64,000 bases of DNA from the NCBI GenBank assembly GCA_016934575.1, contig JAFGSN010000121.1, positions 37,309 through 101,308 of the forward strand, given 5' to 3'. Made by a program: the position numbers and the translations under genes. Source of the stretch: Vicinamibacteria bacterium. Its GTDB lineage: Bacteria > Acidobacteriota > Vicinamibacteria > Fen-336. Below the pieces are notes generated by a model. That model worked only from the letters and a program-made list of their open reading frames with translations. It was not told the origin of the DNA and did not search any database. Numbering within the stretch: the first letter of the stretch is position 1; each line of letters starts with the position of its first letter. Positions 9,533 through 19,500 of the stretch are shown here, piece by piece.

Positions 9533-11097
9533 TCCGGCGTCACCGTTTGACGCCGGCCATGCCGGCCCAGAAGCGCCATCACGACGCGCGCTTCAGGTAT
9601 GCGAAGCGCCAAAGCAGAAGCCAGGTACACGAAAACGCCGACGGCCACCGGCGCCGTTCCGGCGGCGATCTGCGCGAACAGACCGCCGGAGCCCCAAATG
9701 CCAACGCAGCCGCGTGCGGCGAGATGAACGCAGATGGCCATAACCGCGGCGGCCTGAGCCATGGCGAACGCCGCCTCGCCGAGGCCGGCGCCGCGCAAAC
9801 CTCCGACATGACGCTGAAAAGCGCACATCAGAACGCCGATATTCATGAAAGCCCCCACGCTCGTCCCCAGAGCGACGGCGGCGTATCCCATGATCGGGTA
9901 GCAGACCGCCATCACCGCGAGGCTCGTGGTCACGGCGGCCAGGCTGCCGAAAACAGGCAGGCGTGCGCGTTTCAGGCTGTAGAACGCCGGGACCACCACT
10001 TTCACGGCCGAGTATGCGACCAGCCCTATCGAATATACGAACAGAGCCAGGGAGGTTTTAGCGGTGTCCGCCGGCTGGTATCGGCCGTGTTCGAACAGCA
10101 TTCGAACGATCGGCTGCGCCAGGACCATCAATCCGGCGGTCGCCGGAATCGACACAAAGAACGCCATGCGCAGCGAGCGCCGCACGCATTGTCGCAATCC
10201 GTCGAGATCTCCCGCGGCGGCCTGACGCGCCGATTCCGCCGTCACCACTGTTCCGATCGCCACTCCAAAAAGGCCGATCGGCAGGTACAGGATGCGGAAG
10301 GCGTTCAACAGCCACGCTTGCGCCCCTTGCTCGTGTGACGCGAAATTGCTGCCGATGACGATATTGATTTCCACCGCCGCCAGCCCGATCGTGGCGGGCG
10401 CCATGAGCTTGAGAATCTGTCGTATGCGCGAGTCAAACGGCGCCCACTCGAATCGCGGCCGCCAGCCCAGCTTCAAGACGCCGGGGATCTGGATCGCCAA
10501 TTGCGCTAGCGCTCCAAGCAGCGCGCCGGCCGCCCATCCCATCACGACATGCCGGGGCGACAGCCCGAACCCCCACAGAGACACGCCGACGACGATCGCG
10601 ATGATGTTGAACATCGCCGGCGCAAAAGCCGGCGCTTCGTATCGCTGCTCTGTGTTCAGCACGCCCATCGTCACGGCCGCGAGAGAGACCAGCAGGAGAA
10701 ACGGCATCATGATGCGAGTCAGGAGAATCGTGAGCTCGGTCTTGCCGGTTATCCTCTCGAAGCCCGGAGCGAGAACATGAACAATGGCCGGCGCCGCCAG
10801 CCATCCCAACGCGATGAGCGCCGCCAGCGTTATTGTCAAGAGCGTCATCAGGCGCGCGATCAGCCGCTGGGCTTGCTCACGCCCGTCCTCCCGCAACGCG
10901 CACGCATAAGTCGGCGCCAGCGCGGCCGAGAGCGCTCCCTCCGCAAACAAATCGCGCAACAAGTTCGGAATCCGGAAGGCCACGAAAAAGGCGTCGGCAT
11001 GCATTCCCTGTCCGGCGCCGACCAGCGCCGCGAAAAGCTGATCGCGCGCCAGCCCCAGAACTCGCGACAGCAAGGTGAAACGCGAGATTCTACTCAC
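9529..11097 (-). CDS. murJ: lipid II flippase MurJ (MviN family)
   Basis: Polytopic MOP-superfamily protein with the MurJ N-terminus (SRISRFTLLSRVLGLARD). The track start at 11208 would overlap the divergent rpsT start and RBS. A GTG at 11097 gives the canonical MurJ N-terminus, so the exact start is uncertain. Confidence 0.78.
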   Translation of the reverse strand: MSRISRFTLLSRVLGLARDQLFAALVGAGQGMHADAFFVAFRIPNLLRDLFAEGALSAALAPTYACALREDGREQAQRLIARLMTLLTITLAALIALGWLAAPAIVHVLAPGFERITGKTELTILLTRIMMPFLLLVSLAAVTMGVLNTEQRYEAPAFAPAMFNIIAIVVGVSLWGFGLSPRHVVMGWAAGALLGALAQLAIQIPGVLKLGWRPRFEWAPFDSRIRQILKLMAPATIGLAAVEINIVIGSNFASHEQGAQAWLLNAFRILYLPIGLFGVAIGTVVTAESARQAAAGDLDGLRQCVRRSLRMAFFVSIPATAGLMVLAQPIVRMLFEHGRYQPADTAKTSLALFVYSIGLVAYSAVKVVVPAFYSLKRARLPVFGSLAAVTTSLAVMAVCYPIMGYAAVALGTSVGAFMNIGVLMCAFQRHVGGLRGAGLGEAAFAMAQAAAVMAICVHLAARGCVGIWGSGGLFAQIAAGTAPVAVGVFVYLASALALRIPEARVVMALLGRHGRRQTVTPE

Positions 11098-11196
11098 GTT
11101 GCGCGCGAGCGCGTGCGAACCATGATCGTCCTGCTTGTTGACGTTGCTCACCGTTTCCTTGTATATTATTTCTTTGTTTTCGGAAGGAGGATCCGA

Positions 11197-11466
11197 TTGG
11201 CTCATCATGCGTCAGCCCTGAAGCACATGAGACAGAGTCTCAAGCAACGGGCCTGTAATAAGCGAAATCTCTCGCAATTCAAGACCCAAGTCAAAAGGCT
11301 GCGCGCGGCCATTGACCGGGGCGACGTCGAGACGGCTCGAAAGCTGCTCCCGGAGACCGTTTCGGCCATCGACAAGGCCGCCAAGAAGGGCGTCGTTCAC
11401 GACAACGCCGCCGCGCGACACAAGAGCCGGCTCGCGCGCCGAGTGAACACGCTTTCCGCTGCCTGA
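11197..11466 (+). CDS. rpsT: 30S ribosomal protein S20
   Basis: Hidden inside the spurious ORF 10549..11466. TTG start at 11197, preceded by GGAAGGAGG (11183-11190). The translation MAHHASALKHMRQSLKQRACNKRNLSQFKTQVKRLRAAIDRGD...AAKKGVVHDNAAARHKSRLARRVNTLSAA aligns along its whole length to S20. E. coli rpsT also initiates at UUG. Confidence 0.82.
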   Translation: MAHHASALKHMRQSLKQRACNKRNLSQFKTQVKRLRAAIDRGDVETARKLLPETVSAIDKAAKKGVVHDNAAARHKSRLARRVNTLSAA

Positions 11467-11510
11467 CGCCATCTGGTCGCAAACGCAAGCATGCGTCGCA
11501 GGCCGGCGCT

Positions 11511-12530
11511 TCATCGACTCGGCCGGGTTTCGCTTCCACGGCCGGCGGCGACAATCGCGCCGGCAAGAACCGGTCTCGCTGGCGCGCCCATCTTGAGTCC
11601 GCGATCCGCTTTCGAGAACGCGCGTAGCGCGCGCCGGAGATCCTCTTCGGTCCAGCTCCGCGAAGCTTCGACAAGCGAGTCAAGCTTGAACGCCGGAACG
11701 CCTAGGCGCGCGGCGAGATCACCAGCGTTTCCTCGCCTGCATGAAACCTCCCGCGCGGCGCTGATCTGGCGCCAGGCCCGATGGAGCGTGGCCATGATCC
11801 GAAGAGGCGGCTCGCCTTCTTCAAGCAGCTCCTCAACCAGAGCCAGGACACGCGAAGTCTGACGCGCGCAGAGCGCATCAGCGACCTTGTAGAGCGGCGC
11901 AGCGAAGCCGCGACCGAGAACCCGAGCCACCTCCTCCGCGCTCATCCGCGTCTTCCGACCAAGAGCATAGGCTTCGAGCTTGTCGAGCTCGCCCATGAGA
12001 CGCCTGAGATCCGCTCCGACGCGGTCGAGCAGCTCTTGCAGACCGCTGTCGTCAAGAAGGATGCCGCGACGGCGGATCCGATCATTCACATTACTACGGA
12101 GCGCGCGACCCTTGAGCGGCGCGGCCGAGATCACGTTCGCCAGATCGGCGACGCGCCTCCAGACACCCCGCCGGCGATCAGGCTTGGCGGCGACCAACAC
12201 GAGCGTCGTGTCGGGATCAGGATCCGCGAGATATCCCACGAACGCATCCTCGGAGCCCTTGATCTCGTCGGCCCGCCGGACAACGACCGCCCGGCGCACG
12301 ACGAAAAGCGAACGGCTGCGCGCCGTGTCCGCGACGTTTGTCCAGCTACATTCATCGCCGTGCAGTGTCTCCACCGCGTCATCTGACGGAGAAGAACCCA
12401 GACGCGATTCGAGGATGCTTGCGACCTGCTCCTCCGCGAGGCAGGAATCCTCGCCGATGACGGCATGAACGGGCGACGCTCGGCGCGCGTTCATCGAATC
12501 ATGACGCGACCCGCGTCGGATACGCGACAC
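11511..12530 (-). CDS. holA: DNA polymerase III delta subunit
   Basis: HolA-like N-terminal region (PVHAVIGEDSCLAEEQ) and the conserved gene order leuS-lptE-holA. The start is either GTG 12530 or ATG 12494. Confidence 0.68.
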   Translation of the reverse strand: MSRIRRGSRHDSMNARRASPVHAVIGEDSCLAEEQVASILESRLGSSPSDDAVETLHGDECSWTNVADTARSRSLFVVRRAVVVRRADEIKGSEDAFVGYLADPDPDTTLVLVAAKPDRRRGVWRRVADLANVISAAPLKGRALRSNVNDRIRRRGILLDDSGLQELLDRVGADLRRLMGELDKLEAYALGRKTRMSAEEVARVLGRGFAAPLYKVADALCARQTSRVLALVEELLEEGEPPLRIMATLHRAWRQISAAREVSCRRGNAGDLAARLGVPAFKLDSLVEASRSWTEEDLRRALRAFSKADRGLKMGAPARPVLAGAIVAAGRGSETRPSR

Positions 12531-12543
12531 TCATCCGCGAATC

Positions 12544-13074
12544 TCAAAACGCCTCGAGCATCTCCGACACGAGCTGCCGGGCGAACGCCGTTGAAAGCCG
12601 CTCCATGGCCTGGTCGGATCCGATGAAGCTCTCCTCTTCTCCGTCGACGTCGTAGCTGTCCGCGAAAGAGAAAGAATCGCTCGACCAGATCGGCTCCTCC
12701 TGTCCAGTCTTCCGGTATCGGACGCTCGCCTCGAGCCGGATGGAATAGCGATTGGCCTGGACCTGTCCCGCTTCGCTCTGGGCGATCCCGACGGGCGTCT
12801 CGGTATATCTGGTCAGCTCGCCGTCCACGACCGCATCGACTCCGTCATTGCGCGGCACGACCTCGAAGCGTCCGCGCTTGAGCAATTCCTCGATCACTTT
12901 CTGCGTGATCTGCTGATCCAGTCCCGGCCTGCCGGTCGCGTCCTTGAAAACCGGCACTCCCACTCGTTTGATCGTGGGATCGATCGTCATGCCGCGCCCC
13001 ACGAGTGAGTATCCACAGGCGGCACCGACCAAGCCGCCCAGGAAGACCGTGAAGAGACGTCCTTCGATCCTCAT
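12544..13074 (-). CDS. lptE: LPS-assembly lipoprotein LptE (RlpB)
   Basis: The internal ATG at 13074 overlaps the leuS stop (ATGA). The signal peptide has a lipobox-like Cys (LGGLVGAACGY). It sits in the conserved leuS-lptE-holA position, and the ~177-aa size fits. The track ORF to 13356 is an over-extension. Confidence 0.62.
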   Translation of the reverse strand: MRIEGRLFTVFLGGLVGAACGYSLVGRGMTIDPTIKRVGVPVFKDATGRPGLDQQITQKVIEELLKRGRFEVVPRNDGVDAVVDGELTRYTETPVGIAQSEAGQVQANRYSIRLEASVRYRKTGQEEPIWSSDSFSFADSYDVDGEEESFIGSDQAMERLSTAFARQLVSEMLEAF

Positions 13075-15551
13075 GATCGCCTCGACGCGATGCTGACCAG
13101 ACGCCCCGGCACGACGACGACCCGTAGCACTTCCTGACCCTCGAGGTGCGCGCGAACCTTCGGCTCCGCCAACGCCCCTTGCCGTATCTCCTCCTCGCCG
13201 GAGGCCTGCGGCACGACGATATGCCCGCGTACTTTTCCGTTGACCTGTACCGCCATCTCGATCGTCTCCTCGCGCGCGATCTCCGGATCGGCGACCGGCC
13301 AAGCATGCCTGACGAGGTCTTCCTGATGGCCCAGACGCTTCCAGAGCTCCTCGCAAAGATGCGGCGTATAGGGATTCATGAGCAGAACGAGCGATTCAAC
13401 GGCCTCTCTGAGAACAACACGACCCGACTCGCTATCGAGCCGGTCCTCCAGCCGTTGAATCTCGTTGACCAGCTCGCTGAACGCGGCCACCGCCGTGTTG
13501 AGATGCATGCGTTCTTCGATGTCGCGAGTGACGCGCTGGATGGTCTGGTGCGTCTTGCGACGCAGATCGCGTTCGGCTTGTGAGTCGACGGACGCCGAAA
13601 AAGCAGATACGGCGGCGATGGTCTCGATATGGCGGTCGACGAGACGCCAGACCCGGTGGATCAGCCGTTGCGCGCCGCTGATGCTTTCGTCGCTCCACTC
13701 GAGAGCCATTTCCGGCGGAGCGACGGAGAGTATGTATAGCCGCAACGTATCGGCTCCGTACTCGGCGATCACTTCGTCGGGAGCAACGGTATTGCCCCTG
13801 GACTTGGACATCACTTCGCCCTCTTTGTGCACCATTCCCTGCGGAAACAGACGCACAACGGGCTCGGCAAAGTCAACCAGCCCGAGATCGCGCATCATCT
13901 TGGTCCAGAAGCGCGCGTAGACCAGGTGCAGAATGGCGTGCTCGATTCCGCCGACGTAGAGATCGATCGGGAACCAGTATCGAACCGCCTCCGGATCGAA
14001 GGGGCCGTCTTGCTTGCAGGGCGAAAGATAACGATAGAAATACCATGAGGAGTCGATGAACGTGTCCATCGTGTCGGTCTCGCGACGCGCGCGCCCTCCG
14101 CATCGCGGGCAGCGCGCCTCGACGAAAGAGGGAACCTTATCGAGCGGATTGCCGCCTTCGCCGGTAAAGGGCGCTCCTTTCGGCAACACGACAGGAAGAT
14201 CGTCATAGGACACGGGCACCATCCCGTCTTTCTCGCAGTAAAGAACCGGAATCGGCGTTCCCCAGAAGCGCTGGCGACTGATCAGCCAGTCCTTGAGGCG
14301 GTATGTGACCGCCGCTCTTCCGAATCCCCGCTTCTCGGCATGCTCCGTCATGAGACGGATGGCCTCATCGTTCCGCAATCCGGAGAAATCACCCGTGGCG
14401 CTGGTGACGCCTGTTCCCTCGTAGGCCTCCGCGAGCATGTCGCCATCGAGATTCTCTCCCGCAGGCTGGATGACGACGCGCACCGGCAGGCCGTACTTAC
14501 GCGCGAACTCGAAGTCACGTTGGTCGTGGGCGGGAACCGACATGATCGCGCCCGTGCCGTAGCCCATCAAAACGAAGTTGGCGGCCCAGATCGGAATCCG
14601 CTCGCCATTATAAGGATTGACGGCATATCGACCGGTAAAGACGCCTTCCTTCTCGACCTCTCCGGCTTGACGCGCGCGCCGATCCTGCGCGCGCAGGCGC
14701 GCCAGATCCTGGCGAATACAAGCCTCGCCGCTCGCGCCTCCGATGAGCTCCTCGATTCTAGGGTGCTCAGGCGATATCGCCATGAACGTCGCGCCGAAAA
14801 TCGTGTCAACCCGCGTGGTGAAGATCCGCAGCGGCGCGCCGCCTTCGACCATGAAGTCGATCTCCGCTCCTTCCGAGCGTCCGATCCAGTTGCGTTGTTG
14901 CAGCAGCACGCGCTCGGGCCAGGCCGTGAGCTGACGCATGTCGTCGAGCAACTGGTCCTGATAGTCGGTGATACGCAGAAACCACTGGTCGAGCTCGCGT
15001 TCTTCGACGGCGCTGTGACAACGCCAACATTCGCAGCCCTGAGCCTGTTCATTGGCCAGCACCGTATGACAGGACGGACACCAGTTGACGGGCGCCTTTG
15101 ATCGATAGGCGACGCCCTTCTCGAGCATCTTGAGAAAAAACCATTGATTCCAGCGGTAATATTCCGTATCGCAGGTGGCGACTTCGCGGCTCCAGGGATA
15201 ACTGAAGCCGAGACGCACGAGCTGTCGTTTCATGCCGGCGATGTTCTGCCGCGTCCACTGCTCGGGATGCACGCCACGCTTGATGGCGGCGTTTTCCGCC
15301 GGCAATCCCAGAGCGTCCCAGCCGATCGGATGGAGAACGTTGAATCCGCGCATCCACTTGAAGCGCGCCACGACGTCGGTGATGCAGTAATTGCGGACGT
15401 GTCCGACGTGTATGTCGCCCGAAGGGTAGGGCAGCATCTCGAGACAGTAGAACTTGGGTCGCGAGACGTCCACGTCCACCTCGAAGACGCGCGTCTCGCT
15501 CCAGCGCCGCTGCCAGCGGCTTTCGATGTCTTCGAATCTATACTCGCTCAT
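13071..15551 (-). CDS. leuS: leucine--tRNA ligase
   Basis: 826 aa with class I HIGH (PSGDIHVGHVRNY) and KMSKS (EVMSKSRGN) motifs and LeuS editing/anticodon-binding architecture. Confidence 0.92.
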   Translation of the reverse strand: MSEYRFEDIESRWQRRWSETRVFEVDVDVSRPKFYCLEMLPYPSGDIHVGHVRNYCITDVVARFKWMRGFNVLHPIGWDALGLPAENAAIKRGVHPEQWTRQNIAGMKRQLVRLGFSYPWSREVATCDTEYYRWNQWFFLKMLEKGVAYRSKAPVNWCPSCHTVLANEQAQGCECWRCHSAVEERELDQWFLRITDYQDQLLDDMRQLTAWPERVLLQQRNWIGRSEGAEIDFMVEGGAPLRIFTTRVDTIFGATFMAISPEHPRIEELIGGASGEACIRQDLARLRAQDRRARQAGEVEKEGVFTGRYAVNPYNGERIPIWAANFVLMGYGTGAIMSVPAHDQRDFEFARKYGLPVRVVIQPAGENLDGDMLAEAYEGTGVTSATGDFSGLRNDEAIRLMTEHAEKRGFGRAAVTYRLKDWLISRQRFWGTPIPVLYCEKDGMVPVSYDDLPVVLPKGAPFTGEGGNPLDKVPSFVEARCPRCGGRARRETDTMDTFIDSSWYFYRYLSPCKQDGPFDPEAVRYWFPIDLYVGGIEHAILHLVYARFWTKMMRDLGLVDFAEPVVRLFPQGMVHKEGEVMSKSRGNTVAPDEVIAEYGADTLRLYILSVAPPEMALEWSDESISGAQRLIHRVWRLVDRHIETIAAVSAFSASVDSQAERDLRRKTHQTIQRVTRDIEERMHLNTAVAAFSELVNEIQRLEDRLDSESGRVVLREAVESLVLLMNPYTPHLCEELWKRLGHQEDLVRHAWPVADPEIAREETIEMAVQVNGKVRGHIVVPQASGEEEIRQGALAEPKVRAHLEGQEVLRVVVVPGRLVSIASRRS

Positions 15552-16533
15552 CGATCACCGCGTCGGAAGCGACGTCTTCTTGAATGAACTCCTGGCCCAA
15601 GCGCCCCATGTTGCGAAACTTGCGATATCTTTCCGCGACAAGCGCCTCGGGACGCAGTGAGGCGAGCGTTTTCATCTGCTTCGCGATCACGGCGTCAACG
15701 TTCCTGAACGTCGTCTCGTGATCGAGGTGCGCGCCGCCGACCGGTTCGGACACGATTTCATCCACGACGCCCAGACGCTTGAGGTCGTTGGCGGTGATCT
15801 TCATCGCGAAAGCGGCCCTCTCCGCTTCGCGCGCGTCGCGCCAGAGAATCGACGCGCAACCTTCGGGCGAGATGACCGAATAGATCGAATGCTCGAGCAT
15901 GTTCACCCTGTCGCCGACGGCGATCGCCAGCGCTCCGCCGCTGCCTCCCTCGCCGGTCACGTTGACGATGATCGGAGTGCGCAGTCGGGACATCTCGCGC
16001 AGGTTGAAGGCTATGGCCTCGGCCTGTCCGCGTTCCTCGGCGTCGATGCCCGGATAGGCGCCAGGCGTGTCGACGAAAGTGATGATCGGCCGCCTGAATT
16101 TCTCGGCGATTCTCATGACCCGCAGCGCCTTCCGGTAGCCCTCCGGCTTGGGACAGCCGAAATTACGATAGATCTTCTGCTTCATGTCGCGCCCTTTCTG
16201 GTGTCCGATGACCGCCACGGGACGGCCCGCGTAAAGGGCAAATCCGCAGACGATCGCCGGATCGTCCGCGAAACGTCGATCGCCGTGCAGCTCCGTGAAC
16301 TCCGTGAAAAGCGCCTGCACGTAGTCAAGCGAATAAGGCCGATTCGGATGGCGCGCCACCATCGTCGTCTGCCACGGAGTCAGATTCGAAAAGATCTCGC
16401 GGCGCCGCTCTTCCAGCTCACGCCGCAGCCGGATCAGCTCGCGTTCCTTGTCCGGATCACCCGGATACTGCGCCAGTTCGTTCGATTGTTCGATCAGTTT
16501 CTTGAGCGGAGCTTCAAAATCCCATTCGGCCAT
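15538..16533 (-). CDS. accA: acetyl-CoA carboxylase carboxyltransferase subunit alpha
   Basis: 331 aa with a crotonase-fold CT-alpha signature (GGSGGALAIAVGDRVNMLE, PEGCASILW). Confidence 0.9.
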   Translation of the reverse strand: MAEWDFEAPLKKLIEQSNELAQYPGDPDKERELIRLRRELEERRREIFSNLTPWQTTMVARHPNRPYSLDYVQALFTEFTELHGDRRFADDPAIVCGFALYAGRPVAVIGHQKGRDMKQKIYRNFGCPKPEGYRKALRVMRIAEKFRRPIITFVDTPGAYPGIDAEERGQAEAIAFNLREMSRLRTPIIVNVTGEGGSGGALAIAVGDRVNMLEHSIYSVISPEGCASILWRDAREAERAAFAMKITANDLKRLGVVDEIVSEPVGGAHLDHETTFRNVDAVIAKQMKTLASLRPEALVAERYRKFRNMGRLGQEFIQEDVASDAVIDERV

Positions 16534-16540
16534 ACGCCTC

Positions 16541-19500
16541 TCACTCCCCTTCCCGCGCGACCGGCGCCGGAGCCCGGCCGTTTCCGCCGCGACCGCCGCC
16601 GCCGTTCAGAGTCAGGTTCAAGGCACCGGGGCCCAGGAGTCCTTCGATCGCATCCTGGAACGCCGCGCTGGGGCGAACTCGGAAAGTCGCGCCGGTGTTC
16701 AACGCGACGATGAACGCGCCGGTTCGCACGAGCTCGATCGCCACCGGGCAGTCGCCCGGATGCGCTTCGAGTATATCGCGGAGGCGTTCGCCTTTGGAGC
16801 GCGCCCAATCATCGCCCGCGAAACGGATCGTCACGTAGCGCGCGTCGGCCATCTTCGCCTCGTCCAGCGTGAGCGCGTCGCTTGCGAGAATCCTGGCCTT
16901 GCCGTCGTCGGGCACTTCGGCCTTGCCCTTAACGACCATGATGCGGTCTTCCGCCAGGCGTCCGGCCACCTTCTTGAAGGTCTCGGGGAACACGAGCACC
17001 TCGATGCCGCCATCCATGTCTTCGAGCGAAAACGTGGCCATGCGATCGCCTTTCTTCGTCTTGATGAGCCGCAAGCCCGTGACGATGCCGCCGATCGACA
17101 CTTCGCTCGGATTGCCCGCCTCGCGCAATCGGACGGACGATGTCGTGGTCAAGAGCGCAAGATCATCGCGGTGGCGTTCCAACGGGTGACCGGTGATGAA
17201 AAAGCCCAGCGTTTCCTTTTCATAGGAGAGACGCTCGCTATCGCTCCATTCGGGCGCATCCGGAATCGCGGCGAAATCAACGGGCGTTTCCGGCGACGGC
17301 TCGATGCTCCCGAACAGGCTCGTCTGGCCGTGCTCGCGGTCGCGCTGAGTTCTCTGGCCCGCTTCGATGGCCCGATCGACGACGGTTAGGAGCGCCGCTC
17401 TTCGCGCATCAAGCGAATCGAAGCAACCGCTCTTGATGAAGCTTTCGATGGCTCTGCGGTTCACGGCTTTCGAATCCACGCGCTCGCACAGGTCGTAAAG
17501 CGATCGGAACGCCCGCGATCGGCGCGCCTCGATCACGGCCTGCACCGCCCCCTCGCCCACGTTCTTGATCGCGGACAGACCGAACCGGATGTCGTCTCCT
17601 CTAACGGTGAAATACATTTCGGATTCATTGACGTCGGGCGGGAGGACGCGTATGCCCATCCCGCGGCACTCGCCGATGTACGCGACCATCTTGTCCGTGT
17701 TCGCGCGCTCTGAAGTCAGAAGCGCGGCCATGAAGTGCATCGGATAGTTCGCCTTGAGATAACCCGTCTGATAGGCCAACAGCGCATAGGCCGCCGAGTG
17801 CGACTTGTTGAAGCCGTATCCCGCGAACTGCTCCATGAGATCCCAGATCTTGCGGGCCTTCCGTTCGGCGACGCCGCGCGCGGCGCAGCCCGAGAGAAAT
17901 TTCTCGCGCTGGGCGGCCATGACCTCGACCTTCTTCTTTCCCATGGCCTTGCGCAGGATGTCCGCCTCTCCCATGCTGAAACCGGCCAGCGTCGAGGCGA
18001 TCTGCATCACCTGCTCCTGGTAGACCATGACGCCGTAAGTCCCGCTCAGGATCGGCTCGAGCGACGGCGTTTCATAGCTGACCTTCGTCGCTCCATGCCG
18101 GCGTCTGATGAAGTCCTCGATCATCTGCATCGGTCCGGGCCGATACAGAGCGTTGAGCGCCGTGAGATGCTCGAGCCGGTCGGGCTTGAAACGCCGCAGT
18201 ATGTCGCGCATTCCGTCGGACTCGAACTGGAACAGGCCCGAGGTCTGGCCTTTCGAGAACAGCTCATAGGTCTTGCCGTCGTCGAGCGGGATCTCCTGCA
18301 TGTCGACGCGCGCGCCGGTCTGTTCCGCGATCATCCTGACGCAATCATGAATAAGCGTCAGCGTCCTGAGGCCGAGGAAGTCCATCTTGAGCAGGCCGAT
18401 GCGCTCGACGCCTTTCATGTCGTACTGCGTCGTCACGTCGCCAGTGTTGCCCTTGAAGAGCGGCACGACGTCAGCCAGCGGCCTGGGCGCGATGACCACG
18501 CCGGCCGCGTGAGTCGACGCGTGGCGGGTCGTGCCTTCCAGCTTGCGCGAAATGTCGATCAGATCCTTGACGCGCGGATCCTTGTTATAGGCCTCGATGA
18601 GCGGCGGCGACTCTTCAAGCGCCTTGTCGAGGGTGATTCCGAGATCGTGCGGAATCATCTTCGCGATCTTGTCGACGTCGCCGTAGCTCATGTCAAGCAC
18701 GCGGCCGACGTCCCGCACGACCGCGCGCGCTTTCATCGTTCCGAAGGTGATGATTTGCGCGACGTTTTCCCTGCCGTACTTGCGAGTCACGTATTCGATC
18801 ACTTCGGCGCGCCGGTTCTCGCAGAAATCGATGTCGATGTCGGGCGGACTGATGCGTTCTTCGTTCAGAAAACGCTCGAAGATCAGATCGTTCTCGATCG
18901 GATCGATGTCGGTGATTTGCAGGCAATAGGCCACCAGGCTGCCGGCGGCCGAGCCGCGGCCCGGACCGACAGGCACGCCCCGCTCGCGCGCGAAGCGTAT
19001 GAAGTCCCATACGATGAGAAAGTAACCGGCGAATCCGACGCGGCGGATGACGGCGATCTCTTTTTCCAGGCGCTCTTCGTACACCGAAAGCGGGTAGCGC
19101 AGCCGTGCTCGAGCGCATAACTCCGCGAGCGCGTGACGCCTCCCTTCAAATCCTTCACGCGTCACGCGTTCGAAATAGCTCTCGACAGTGTGGCCGGGAG
19201 GCACCGCGAAATCCGGCAGCGTCTCGACGGCGCGCAGCGTGAAATCGCACATCTCCGCCACGCCGAGCGTGTTTTTGAGCGCCTCGGCGCCGTCCGGGAA
19301 CGCCTGCGCCATCTCCTCGGCGCTTTTCAGATAAAACTGCGGCGCCCCGAAACGCGGTCGATCGGCGTCATCGCGCTTCTTGCCCAACCCGATGCAAAGC
19401 AACACGTCGTGGGCCAGGTGATCGTCGCGGCTGATGTAATGCGCGTCATTGGTGGCCACGATCGGCAGTCCGGTCCGGTCGCGAATGCGCAGCAATCCCT

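Noticed and set aside
9547-11208. Plus-strand ORFs 9547..10338 and 10292..10780, and the N-terminal 216 codons of 10549..11466
   Set aside because: They are antisense to murJ and have low-complexity R/H/G-rich translations. Only the last 89 codons (rpsT) are real.
11197-11208. murJ start at ATG 11208 (as in the ORF track)
   Set aside because: It would overlap the rpsT start codon and RBS. A GTG at 11097 gives the conserved MurJ N-terminus.
17455-17475. tRNA T-loop-like motifs (TTCGAATCC at ~17463 and GTTCGAATG at ~50643)
   Set aside because: No flanking acceptor or anticodon stems form a cloverleaf. The first lies inside dnaE. I found no tRNA genes in the window.
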